Sequence record: ON529853.1
Length of the DNA stretch: 64,000 bases
Reading direction: 5' to 3' (one strand)
Shown in pieces: positions 53,819 to 62,003 of this stretch (the first letter of the stretch is position 1; the number at the start of each line of letters is the position of its first letter). Under the pieces are notes generated by a model, which saw only the letters and a list, made by a program, of their open reading frames with translations, made no database searches and was not told the origin of the DNA. The position numbers and the translations under genes were made by a program.

Positions 53819-54264
53819 GACGGTTCAGGCCCTTTCGGCAGCATCGAGCCCAGGTCGATCAGGGCGTCGCGGGCTTCGACTCCTCGCGCCATCTCGGCCG
53901 TCAACGCGGCGACTTCGCCCAACTGATGTTGGAGCGCGTTGATCTGCTCATCGCGGCGGCTGACCATGTTGAACAGGTCGATGACCGTGTCGACCAGGTC
54001 GGGGTAGGATTCGTACAGCAGGTCGTGTTCGGCGTCGTCCTGCCGGGCGTCGCCGTTCTCGATGACGTCGGCCAGCAGCAGGGTCTTGACCCAGTCGTCG
54101 CTCTTCATTTCCTGCAACTGCGTGCGGGCGTTCGGGCTCAGCCAGGGGCCGTCGCGCAGCAGGGCGTTGACCAGGAGGCTCTGCACCCGGCTGGCGTCGG
54201 AACGCATCGTCCATTCGCTGTCGCCCAGGGCCGGTTCATGCCGGAGGTCGATGGTGCGGCTCAT
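53815..54264 (-). CDS. hypothetical protein
   Basis: 149 aa. Confidence 0.75.
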   Translation of the reverse strand: MSRTIDLRHEPALGDSEWTMRSDASRVQSLLVNALLRDGPWLSPNARTQLQEMKSDDWVKTLLLADVIENGDARQDDAEHDLLYESYPDLVDTVIDLFNMVSRRDEQINALQHQLGEVAALTAEMARGVEARDALIDLGSMLPKGPEPS

Positions 54265-54265
54265 G

Positions 54266-54532
54266 TCAATCTACTCCGTAGGTTCCAGGTTCGTGGATAT
54301 GCATCTCGCAGCCGTGCAGGCCCACGATTCGCTGCGCCGCTTCAAGTGGCATGCCGGCGTTTTCCACACAATATCCGAGCAGACGCCCCACCAGGTCCTG
54401 CAAATCGCTGATGTCGGCCGCCATGCGGTCAAGCGTGTCGCTGCGGTCATTCCGGTCTGGCGTCAGGGCGTCTTCCACCGCCATCACCTGGGGCGCGCGG
54501 CCGGACCATTTGCGGGTGACGACGACCTTCAT
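54266..54532 (-). CDS. hypothetical protein
   Basis: 88 aa. Confidence 0.7.
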   Translation of the reverse strand: MKVVVTRKWSGRAPQVMAVEDALTPDRNDRSDTLDRMAADISDLQDLVGRLLGYCVENAGMPLEAAQRIVGLHGCEMHIHEPGTYGVD

Positions 54533-54825
54533 CCGTACTTATCCTCGGCGACGCGCAGCAGGGCGATGACCTCGTCCTGGGTGCGCCCCTCTTCGTCCGC
54601 CCAACTCATGAGCGAGAGGGAAGCCGTCACGGCGTGCAGCATGCCTATGGCCTCCTGATACAGAAGGTCGATGACATCCTGATGGGCTTCGATCGGTTGA
54701 AGCTTCTGGGCGGCGCTGTAGACGGCGACGTGCAGATACATCCCCGAGGATTGCGGAGCGTAACGCGGCGGTTTCCAACCGAATGCCGCCAGGTTGTCGG
54801 CGGCGGCGGCGAACAGACGGTTCAT
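54529..54825 (-). CDS. DUF6197-like protein
   Basis: AAADNLAAFGW...SWADEEGRTQDEVIALL. Confidence 0.55.
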   Translation of the reverse strand: MNRLFAAAADNLAAFGWKPPRYAPQSSGMYLHVAVYSAAQKLQPIEAHQDVIDLLYQEAIGMLHAVTASLSLMSWADEEGRTQDEVIALLRVAEDKYG

Positions 54826-55118
54826 GGGGCAGGCTCCAGAGTGTCCATGGCTGCCCGCGTGGCGCGGCGCAGCAAGGCGGCGATGTCGGCCGCCGCACGT
54901 TCCGGGGCGTCATGCCAGGTGTCTAAGGCGGGACCTTCCAGCAGGGCTTCCAGGCGCTCCATCAGCGCCGCTGCGGTCAGGTCCCCGCCCAGACGCCGGC
55001 GCGCCAGGCCGACGGCCTCGTGCAGGGTCACGTTGGTCTGGAGCGCGCCCCGCGTCTCGGTGATGCGTCGCCAGCCGTGGGTTTCCACGATGTCGAGGGC
55101 GGCCGCGAACACACTCAT
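54822..55118 (-). CDS. DUF6197-like protein
   Basis: AALDIVETHGW...TWHDAPERAAADIAALL. Confidence 0.5.
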   Translation of the reverse strand: MSVFAAALDIVETHGWRRITETRGALQTNVTLHEAVGLARRRLGGDLTAAALMERLEALLEGPALDTWHDAPERAAADIAALLRRATRAAMDTLEPAP

Positions 55119-56047
55119 GACAGCGCCCCGAGCGCGTCCGGCGCCAGGAACATGCCGCACGACGCCTTCACGTCGAACCCCACGCGGGGTACGATGCGCG
55201 ACTGCGGGGCGTCAAAGGCCGTCGCCAGCTTGGCGGTCAGCCGGGTCAGCGTCTCTTCGTCCGGCTCCGACCCCTGGGTGGGGCTGTAGGGGTTGTACCG
55301 CACGCAGTTGAAACGGGTTTTCATGCCGCGCGCTTTGACCGCCGCGATGATCTCCTCGACCGTCTCGTCTTCGTCGTTCTGACCGGCGATGAAACTGTGA
55401 TGTAGGACGATTTCGCCCGGCGTATCGTACGACATCGCCGACTGCTGAAACTCCGCCAGCCGATCCAGCGCCCGTTCGGGGTCCATCGCCTTGGGCAACC
55501 AGCGGCGGCGGAACTGCGGCCGCATCGAGTAGAGGCTGTAGTAGAGGTTCACCGAGCGACGGCTGCGGCCAATCAGGTCCGCCAGCGGACGATCGGGCAA
55601 CGAGGCCGGCATGATGGTCGACAGATTGAAGACGGCGTCCGCGACGCCCAGCTTGAACACCTGCCGGCGCCAGATGTCGCGTTCCAGCTTCGCCAGGCCG
55701 CCGTCGAACAGGTGAGGATTGGCGAGCGGTTCGCCCCGCGCCATGAAGTTGAAGTTGATGCGGTTGGGGCGATTGACCCAGTCGGGGCTCTTGAACCAGT
55801 GCCGGATGACCTGGTCGGCCTGAGCGTAATAGTCCGCCAGCGTCGCCGGCGTCATCATCGTCTGCCCGGTCTGGGTCAGGTGGCACATGCGGCAGGCCCG
55901 GTCGCAGCCGGAATGGCTGGACAGGTAGACGATGAAATAGTCGTCCACACGGCGCACGAAGCGGCACTCGAAGGCGCCCCCGTCCTCGGTCTTGAGGATG
56001 TGGTTGACCGAGGCGTCCTGGTCCGAGATCAGGGTCTGGAAGGTCAC
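55115..56047 (-). CDS. rlmN: RlmN/Cfr-family radical SAM RNA methyltransferase-like protein
   Basis: SSHSGCDRACRMC (CxxxCxxC), NFMARGEPLAN, LYYSLYS, RYNP, C-terminal ASCGMF. Confidence 0.85.
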   Translation of the reverse strand: MTFQTLISDQDASVNHILKTEDGGAFECRFVRRVDDYFIVYLSSHSGCDRACRMCHLTQTGQTMMTPATLADYYAQADQVIRHWFKSPDWVNRPNRINFNFMARGEPLANPHLFDGGLAKLERDIWRRQVFKLGVADAVFNLSTIMPASLPDRPLADLIGRSRRSVNLYYSLYSMRPQFRRRWLPKAMDPERALDRLAEFQQSAMSYDTPGEIVLHHSFIAGQNDEDETVEEIIAAVKARGMKTRFNCVRYNPYSPTQGSEPDEETLTRLTAKLATAFDAPQSRIVPRVGFDVKASCGMFLAPDALGALS

Positions 56048-56373
56048 GAGTGGTCCATCCGATCCACGCCGGTCACGCGGTAGGCCTGAGCCACAATCCG
56101 GGAGCCCTTCGGCGGGGTCGCGGGAGCGGAGGCCGTCAGGCTGTTGCGGTTCAAGACGTCGATGAAGGCCTCGACCTCCGACGCCGGCACCTCCACCAGA
56201 ACGTCACGCATCTCCTGGAAGCGCAGCTTCACGGTCGGGATGTTGCTGTTGGGGCAGACCTGTTGCAGACGCGTGTCGCCGGCGGCGTCCGTCCCTCGAC
56301 AATGGATGCAGATTTCGTCGTACAGGGACGAATCCGAGGTGCGGGTCTCATGCCCCAGGCTCTCAAACGTCAT
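56044..56373 (-). CDS. hypothetical protein
   Basis: LGHETR..DSSLYDEICIHC motif. Confidence 0.7.
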   Translation of the reverse strand: MTFESLGHETRTSDSSLYDEICIHCRGTDAAGDTRLQQVCPNSNIPTVKLRFQEMRDVLVEVPASEVEAFIDVLNRNSLTASAPATPPKGSRIVAQAYRVTGVDRMDHS

Positions 56374-56572
56374 CTCGGGTCTCCGTCAGGGCCGCCCACT
56401 TGGCGGACAGCAGCGCGCCCTGGGCGGCCGTCGCCTCAATGCTGTCGGCCATGACGCCATCACCGACCACACAACCGATCTCTCGGGCGTAGGCCGTGAA
56501 GGCGTCCATCAGCGACACGGCGCTTTTCTCCTGGGCCGCCAGGGCGTCCAGATCAATCCGACGGGCGGTCAC
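56363..56572 (-). CDS. hypothetical protein
   Basis: 69 aa. Confidence 0.6.
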   Translation of the reverse strand: MTARRIDLDALAAQEKSAVSLMDAFTAYAREIGCVVGDGVMADSIEATAAQGALLSAKWAALTETRDDV

Positions 56573-56931
56573 GACCGGGCGATCCGGTTCAGCATCCGCT
56601 GTTTGTCCCAGCGCCCGACGTTGTAGAAGACCTGGACCGGAGCGCCTTCATACTGCCAGCGCGGCGGGCGTGAAGACGTGGTGCGGCGGTCGGATTCGCC
56701 CAGATAGACGACCTCGACCTGCCACTCCTCAGCGCACCACTTCGTCTTGGATTTGCCGTTGGAATCGGTGGTGGTGCCGCAGGTCCGGCGCGGACGATGG
56801 TCGATGTCGGTGATGCGTCCCTGGGCGACCTGGGTCGGCGTGCCGGCGTAGTTGCCGACCATATAGCTGACGCCGCCCACCAGCAGGAGGGCGATGGCTG
56901 CGCCGATGGCGATGAGACCCTTGTCGGTCAT
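56569..56931 (-). CDS. membrane-anchored OB-fold-like protein
   Basis: N-terminal TM segment; Cys pair. Confidence 0.7.
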   Translation of the reverse strand: MTDKGLIAIGAAIALLLVGGVSYMVGNYAGTPTQVAQGRITDIDHRPRRTCGTTTDSNGKSKTKWCAEEWQVEVVYLGESDRRTTSSRPPRWQYEGAPVQVFYNVGRWDKQRMLNRIARS

Positions 56932-56932
56932 G

Positions 56933-57136
56933 TCAGGTTTCCTCCGGAAATTCATTATGCAGGCTGAGGGCCAGGCGGATCAGCGCGTCTTTGGCCAAGG
57001 CGCGCAGTTCGGCGTAGGGCGGCGGCGACTTGTCGAGCGCGCGACACATGGATTGAATGTTTTGCTCGGCCACGCTGCGGTTCCGCTTTTCGTAGTAGCG
57101 GTAGCTGACCGAGGAGACGGTGGTGACGATAGCCAT
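56933..57136 (-). CDS. hypothetical protein
   Basis: 67 aa, coupled. Confidence 0.6.
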   Translation of the reverse strand: MAIVTTVSSVSYRYYEKRNRSVAEQNIQSMCRALDKSPPPYAELRALAKDALIRLALSLHNEFPEET

Positions 57137-57357
57137 CAGGGCAGTCCCTGGGCCACGATGACCGCGACCGCATGGTCGACGTCGCCGGTGAAGTCCACGC
57201 CGCGCTCGATCGCCAGGGCGATCAGTTCGTCGGCCTTCTGATCCACAGGGCCGCCTGCGGCGGGATAGGTCCCGCCGTTCAGCGCCGTCACCAGGGCGCG
57301 GTGGACCTTGAAGGCCCAGCCGCCGTCGTCCGTGTCGTCGAGGGTCAAGAGCGACAT
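57136..57357 (-). CDS. small acidic protein
   Basis: 73 aa, coupled. Confidence 0.7.
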   Translation of the reverse strand: MSLLTLDDTDDGGWAFKVHRALVTALNGGTYPAAGGPVDQKADELIALAIERGVDFTGDVDHAVAVIVAQGLP

Positions 57358-57947
57358 CAGTCCTTGATCCTCCGGGCGGCGTTCCAGGCGTCGACCACGC
57401 CCTGAGCGAACTCTTCGGCCTGCGCCACGGTGTCGAAGGCGTCGGAGGCGACGCGCAGGACGGTCATCGACCGGGCGTCATTCAGGCGGATGGCCGTGCG
57501 GGACACGGGCACATAGAAGCGCCCGTCATCGCGCGCGACCTTGGCGCCGACCGCCAGCTTCTGACCGGCGAAAGCGTCCTCGCCGGGGTCGCAGTAGGTT
57601 TCCGCCGCCAGCAGCAGTTCGGGACCGGACATGGACGCATCCTCGCGGATCATGCCAGCCGCGACCAGGACCTGACCCAGAGCCTCGCCCATCATCTTCA
57701 GGCGCGCTTCGGCCTGTTCCAGAGTCCCGGCGTCCCGATAGGTCGTCCGGGCGTAGGGGTAAATCCGATCGAACGCCGCGCGCTTGCCGCAAGCGGCGCA
57801 GATATGCTCGTACTTCGGCGGATCGCAGGTGTAGACCGTGCCGCCCACCTTCATGTCGCCCTTGCCGCAGGACTCGCAACGGTAGCGGACGGTCGTCACA
57901 GTGTCGGGCACCTGGGCGGGCGCCGCTGCATCCTGATACTCGGCCAT
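57357..57947 (-). CDS. Zn-ribbon-containing protein
   Basis: YRCESCGKG...YEHICAACG. Confidence 0.75.
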   Translation of the reverse strand: MAEYQDAAAPAQVPDTVTTVRYRCESCGKGDMKVGGTVYTCDPPKYEHICAACGKRAAFDRIYPYARTTYRDAGTLEQAEARLKMMGEALGQVLVAAGMIREDASMSGPELLLAAETYCDPGEDAFAGQKLAVGAKVARDDGRFYVPVSRTAIRLNDARSMTVLRVASDAFDTVAQAEEFAQGVVDAWNAARRIKD

Positions 57948-58138
57948 CAGCGCTTCTTGCTCCAGTTGAAGACGTAGGAGAGGCCGGTGCCCAGCCAGGA
58001 GAAGGTGGTGCGCACGCCGCGCCGCCCGACGTTGGTGGTGAAGCCGCGCGGACCGATCGAGGTCGACACGCCCGTCTTGGACAGGTTGAACTTCAGGCCC
58101 GGCAGGATGCGGAACGACTTACGAAAACGGAAACCCAT
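57947..58138 (-). CDS. DUF4236 domain protein
   Basis: MGFRFRKSFRILPGLKFNLSKTGVSTSIGPRG...GTGLSY. Confidence 0.85.
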   Translation of the reverse strand: MGFRFRKSFRILPGLKFNLSKTGVSTSIGPRGFTTNVGRRGVRTTFSWLGTGLSYVFNWSKKR

Positions 58139-58140
58139 GG

Positions 58141-58953
58141 TTATGCCTCTTGGAGAATGTCGGCCGCCTCCAGGCGGCCCTTGAGATAGGCGCGGGCCAC
58201 CACCTGGGAGCCGAACCCGATCGGATCGCCCAGCGGCATGTAGACGACCTCATCGTCGCCATCCCACTTGCCCCGGATCAGCCCGACGTCCGGGTCCACC
58301 AGACCGTCGGTGCGGAACAGGCGGTCGCCGTAGACCAGCCAGTTGCGCACGTAGGCGATCTTGTCGGGCGCATCGGCGCGGTAGCCGCCCCAGGCGACGT
58401 CGATGGTCTTGCAGCGGACCTCGCCGCGCGCCACCGTCTTGGACTTCTGCCGGCGGTTGTTTTTGGCCCGACGCCGCTCGTGGCGGTTGACGTCCCGCCC
58501 CGGACCCGCCGCCAGATCGCCCGGCGTCTTGTCGGACTTGAAGCGGTTACAGGGGCTGCACATGGTCTGATAGTTGAAGTCCGCGTCCGGCCCGCCTTTC
58601 GAGCGCGGCTGGATGTGGTCCTTGGTCAACATCACCAGCTTGCCGCCGGCGTCGAGCGCATAGAGGTTGAAATGCCACTTGTTGGTGGTCGCCTCCCACT
58701 GCCCGGTCGACTTGCGCAGCACCGCCGAACGCTCCTTGGCGAACCACATTCCGGTGATCCCGCAAGAGACGCAGACCGTGGACTTCTGGAAGAGGCGGTA
58801 ACGCGCCGACGTCATGTCGATCACGTCATCATCGAAGACGTGCGTATCCTTGTCCAGGTGCTGGAAGACTTCGTCGCAGGCATAGAAACCGCGCCGCTCG
58901 TAGCCTGGCACGAAGCCGTGCGACCGCACCCCTTTCGGCCCGTTGGTCGTCAC
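58141..58953 (-). CDS. HNH endonuclease
   Basis: CVSC...TKDHIQPRSKGG...NYQTMCSPCN. Confidence 0.85.
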   Translation of the reverse strand: MTTNGPKGVRSHGFVPGYERRGFYACDEVFQHLDKDTHVFDDDVIDMTSARYRLFQKSTVCVSCGITGMWFAKERSAVLRKSTGQWEATTNKWHFNLYALDAGGKLVMLTKDHIQPRSKGGPDADFNYQTMCSPCNRFKSDKTPGDLAAGPGRDVNRHERRRAKNNRRQKSKTVARGEVRCKTIDVAWGGYRADAPDKIAYVRNWLVYGDRLFRTDGLVDPDVGLIRGKWDGDDEVVYMPLGDPIGFGSQVVARAYLKGRLEAADILQEA

Positions 58954-59642
58954 TGCTCACCCGTGTAAAGATAGCCCTTGCCGACCCGCTGGAAGCTGTC
59001 CGGAGGGCCGCCGGCGGCGCCGATGGCCTCCAGGGCGGCGATGCTTTCGGGGGACGACCGATGGAAGACGCCGATGCCGCCCGCTTCCGCCCAGGCCAGG
59101 ACGTTGGCGATCCGATCGTCGACCAGGATTTGGTGGGCGCCGTGCAGGCGGTGCATGAACTCGAACTTCCGCGCCGAGGTGGTGCAGATGAAGTTCTCGT
59201 CCGGGATGGCGATCCGTTCCTTCACCTGAGCGAAGACCATGGCGTCGTCGTATTCTTCCCGGACCACCGCCGGCAGCAACACCGTCTCAACCCAGACGCG
59301 CTTATGGTAGGCCGCGCCCAGCCAGAACGGGTTGAGATAGTAGTCGTCCTCCGTCGCGCCGAACTTCGGCGCCGCCGTCACGATGACCGGCAGCCGGGCG
59401 GACCCCGCCATCAGGCGCGCCGCCGCGCGGTAGAGCGCCACAGCGCCTTCCTGGAGCGGCAGGTGACGGTAGAACTCGGTGCCCTTGATGCGCTCGTACA
59501 TCTCGCGCTTCAGCGGGTGGGAGGTGCCGGACCGGTTAAGGTCGCGACCCAGTGCGGGATCGACGTCGTAACCGAGCGCGACCATGCCGGCGGCGTAGTC
59601 AGCCTCGACGCCGTCGAGGTCCAGGGAGACAACGAATTCCAT
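58950..59642 (-). CDS. HAD-family 5'(3')-deoxyribonucleotidase-like protein
   Basis: LDLDGVEAD; ILVDDRIANVLAWAEAGG; start re-called at MEFVV. Confidence 0.85.
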   Translation of the reverse strand: MEFVVSLDLDGVEADYAAGMVALGYDVDPALGRDLNRSGTSHPLKREMYERIKGTEFYRHLPLQEGAVALYRAAARLMAGSARLPVIVTAAPKFGATEDDYYLNPFWLGAAYHKRVWVETVLLPAVVREEYDDAMVFAQVKERIAIPDENFICTTSARKFEFMHRLHGAHQILVDDRIANVLAWAEAGGIGVFHRSSPESIAALEAIGAAGGPPDSFQRVGKGYLYTGEQ

Positions 59643-59869
59643 CACGCACCTATCTTCCATACCCGGCGCGCCAGGACGGCGGCCGCAAACATGCCGACCA
59701 GGGTCAGCAGCGCCAGGGCGCCGCCCCGCACGGCGTGTTCCGCTTGACCCTCTCCGAAGCCGAAGAGGCGATTGATCCAATAGGCCGCCCCGCCCATCAT
59801 CACGAAGGTGACGTAGAGGGCGACGACCGTAGCCGCCAGCAGCCGCAGCGTTTTTAGTCCGGTGCTCAT
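59642..59869 (-). CDS. small membrane protein
   Basis: Two TM segments. Confidence 0.7.
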   Translation of the reverse strand: MSTGLKTLRLLAATVVALYVTFVMMGGAAYWINRLFGFGEGQAEHAVRGGALALLTLVGMFAAAVLARRVWKIGA

Positions 59870-60240
59870 GAGTGAATCTCGTCGCGCCCGTCCAGCGCGT
59901 CGTCGCGCTGACACAGGTCGACCAGTCGGTGGACCGAGATGTGGCGGTCGTAGATGGCGCAGCCGTCGAACTTGAACAGTTCAGAGGCCTCATGCATCAG
60001 GGCGCGCTGCACCGCCGCCCAGAGCGTCTGGACGATCTCGGTGTCGGTCATCCACTGCGACAGCTTCCACTTGCGGCCCTTCCATTCGATGGGCAGGCCG
60101 GTCTTGGTGTCGACGCCGTCAGGGCAGATGATCTGGCACCAGGGCTCGTCGATCGAGCCCGAGACCTTGAAGATGAAGCCCGGATAGCGGCATCGCGCCA
60201 CCACCGTCTCCAGTTCGGCGAGGGTCTTCGGCGACGACAT
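59866..60240 (-). CDS. conserved phage hypothetical protein
   Basis: GRKWKLSQWMTDTEIVQT...HEASELF. Confidence 0.8.
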   Translation of the reverse strand: MSSPKTLAELETVVARCRYPGFIFKVSGSIDEPWCQIICPDGVDTKTGLPIEWKGRKWKLSQWMTDTEIVQTLWAAVQRALMHEASELFKFDGCAIYDRHISVHRLVDLCQRDDALDGRDEIHS

Positions 60241-60773
60241 CAGGCGGGCGGCCTGGCTTTCGCCCGCGCTTCCAGCGCCGCCATGAAACGGCTGTTGTCG
60301 TAGTGGACCTGACCCGGCAGGGCGGCCTTCAGCGCCTTCACATCCTTGATGTGCCGGGTGAACATCGCCACAGGCGGCACTTCATCCGCCAGGGACTCGC
60401 CGGTGTAGTGGTACATCTCGGCCTCGATCACCAGGACGTCGCCCTCGAAGACCTTGACGCGCGGTCCCGTCAGTCCGGCCTTGTAGCCGTTGTGGGAATC
60501 CCAGGCCTGGCCCAGTTCGCCTTCGAAGCGGGGGTCCTTGAGGTCGACGCGCACGTCGATCGGCCAAGTCTCCTGACCCAGAACAAAGCCGTCGGCCTGG
60601 ACCTTATTGATCCAGTCCACAGCGAGCGAGGCGTGCTCATGGCGGAAGGCCTCCTGCGTGAAGGTCACGGCGCGCATCGTCGGAGGCGTGACAGCGGCCA
60701 AGGCGCCGGCGGGCAGCGCGCTGAGCGCCGCAGCGGCGCCGGCGGTTTTGAACAGGGTGCGGCGGTTCATCAA
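60240..60773 (-). CDS. putative Tat-exported protein
   Basis: MNRRTLFKTAGAAAALSALPAGALA twin-arginine signal. Confidence 0.75.
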   Translation of the reverse strand: MMNRRTLFKTAGAAAALSALPAGALAAVTPPTMRAVTFTQEAFRHEHASLAVDWINKVQADGFVLGQETWPIDVRVDLKDPRFEGELGQAWDSHNGYKAGLTGPRVKVFEGDVLVIEAEMYHYTGESLADEVPPVAMFTRHIKDVKALKAALPGQVHYDNSRFMAALEARAKARPPA

Positions 60774-60781
60774 GGACTCCT

Positions 60782-61030
60782 TCAGTCGAGAGGGATGCCG
60801 TGATAGGCGAGCCAGTCCTGGAGTTCGCCGAGCGAAGGGAAGTCATCGACCTCCAACTCGCCCGACGCGCCGGTCAGGGTGCAGCCCCAGTAGCCTTCAT
60901 CGTCATCCTGTTCGAGGAATTGCGCCGTCACATCGTCGTCTTCAGTCGCCTCGCCGAATCGCTCGAACCAGATCAGACCGAGGTCGTCGCCGGGTTGCAG
61001 GACGGGGGCGTTGAAGAAGTCCAGACGCAA
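60782..61030 (-). CDS. very acidic small protein
   Basis: GAGGA RBS + TTG; 21 D/E versus 2 R in 82 aa. Confidence 0.7.
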   Translation of the reverse strand: MRLDFFNAPVLQPGDDLGLIWFERFGEATEDDDVTAQFLEQDDDEGYWGCTLTGASGELEVDDFPSLGELQDWLAYHGIPLD

Positions 61031-61049
61031 GACGCATCCTCTGGGAAAA

Positions 61050-61340
61050 GTAAGGGTGGGAGCGAGGGCGGACGACGCATGAGCACAGGGCAAAAAGCAC
61101 AGGGCAAAAAGCATCCCAGCAAACGTGTCACAAACCCCGAGCAATAGAGCAGCGCCATTGTTTCAGGCGGCCCGAAGGCACGTTGTTTGATCGGGGCAGC
61201 ACGACACGATCCCATAAAGGGTGGTGCATCGTTGCATCATCAGCGCCCGAAGGCCCGACAACTGTTAAGGGCGCCGCCCGTATCCTCGCTCCCACCCCTC
61301 GGTTCAGGCGGCCCCGAAGGCCCGCCGTCCCCAAGCGGGT
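61050..61340 (-). ncRNA. candidate structured RNA with terminal closing stem
   Basis: 14-bp perfect IR 61054-61067/61284-61297 extended by G-U pairs; three cUUCGg hairpin repeats; 14-nt tandem repeat. Confidence 0.6.
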
Positions 61341-61344
61341 GAAA

Positions 61345-61941
61345 TCAGTTCAGCTTGAAGCGCTCGATCAGCGCCACCACGGACTCGGGGAGCGTGATGC
61401 GGTGACCGGTGTTCAGGCCGAGAAGGTCGTCGGTGATCTCGGTCTTTTCGCGCCGAATGTCGCGCAGGGCGTCTTCGATCCCTTCATAGGCCGACCGAGG
61501 GAGACGCACCGAAAACATGTCGGCGGCGGTGACGCGAACGCCGGCGGTCTTGGCGGCCTCGTGCTGCGCCAGCAGGGCGTCAAAGCGGCGCGGAGCCAGG
61601 GCGACGTCGTCGGTCGCCGTGGCGGCCGGCGCGTGGGCGAAGACCTGCGACAGCAGCTTCTCCCTGCGGTCCAGCAGCGCCTTGCGAGTCAAAACGTTGT
61701 TGATGTCCGTGGTGTGGAAGGCCTTGCCCATCAGGGCGCGGACGTCGTAGGCGGCTTCGGTCAGCGCCAGCGCGTCGTCCAGGGCCGCGCGCATCGCCTT
61801 GCTGGCGGCGTCGACCTTACCGACGAAGTCAGGGTCCGTATCGTAGATGGAGAACGCCACAGCGTGCTCGGTGGTCTGCTTCAGGGCTTCGTCTTGAAGC
61901 GATTTGGCGAGCGCGTTGGCTTTGCGCAGATTGACTTGCAT
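61345..61941 (-). CDS. helical/coiled-coil phage protein
   Basis: GGAGGACCCG RBS; MQVNLRKANALAKSL...; immediately upstream of the candidate RNA. Confidence 0.85.
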   Translation of the reverse strand: MQVNLRKANALAKSLQDEALKQTTEHAVAFSIYDTDPDFVGKVDAASKAMRAALDDALALTEAAYDVRALMGKAFHTTDINNVLTRKALLDRREKLLSQVFAHAPAATATDDVALAPRRFDALLAQHEAAKTAGVRVTAADMFSVRLPRSAYEGIEDALRDIRREKTEITDDLLGLNTGHRITLPESVVALIERFKLN

Positions 61942-61966
61942 CGGGTCCTCCGTAATTCGTTTGCCG

Positions 61967-61996
61967 TGTTTACTGGCACTTGGCGCCGTCTGTCAA
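61967..61996 (-). promoter_or_regulatory. sigma70-type promoter (variant)
   Basis: TTGACA-N17/18-(G)TAAACA. Confidence 0.6.
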
Positions 61997-62003
61997 CTCT
62001 TAA

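Noticed and set aside
58141-58953. HNH gene as part of a self-splicing intron
   Set aside because: Flanking genes are intact, tightly coupled and unrelated; no interrupted host gene or intron core visible
61083-61110. GCACAGGGCAAA resembles the start of a c-di-GMP-I riboswitch
   Set aside because: It is a tandem repeat on the non-transcribed strand, and the GAAA tetraloop/receptor and P2 helix are missing
61155-61265. Hammerhead-like core on minus strand (GUC...CUGAUGA...GAAAC with partial stem III)
   Set aside because: Stem I and stem II do not close (G-G and U-U at the required junction pairs); not a canonical hammerhead
61160-61325. Repeated hairpin + CUGA/UGAUGA boxes suggesting a TIGR or box C/D array, or a CRISPR
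   Set aside because: Only three irregularly spaced units, no constant period, and no Nop-domain or Cas gene nearby
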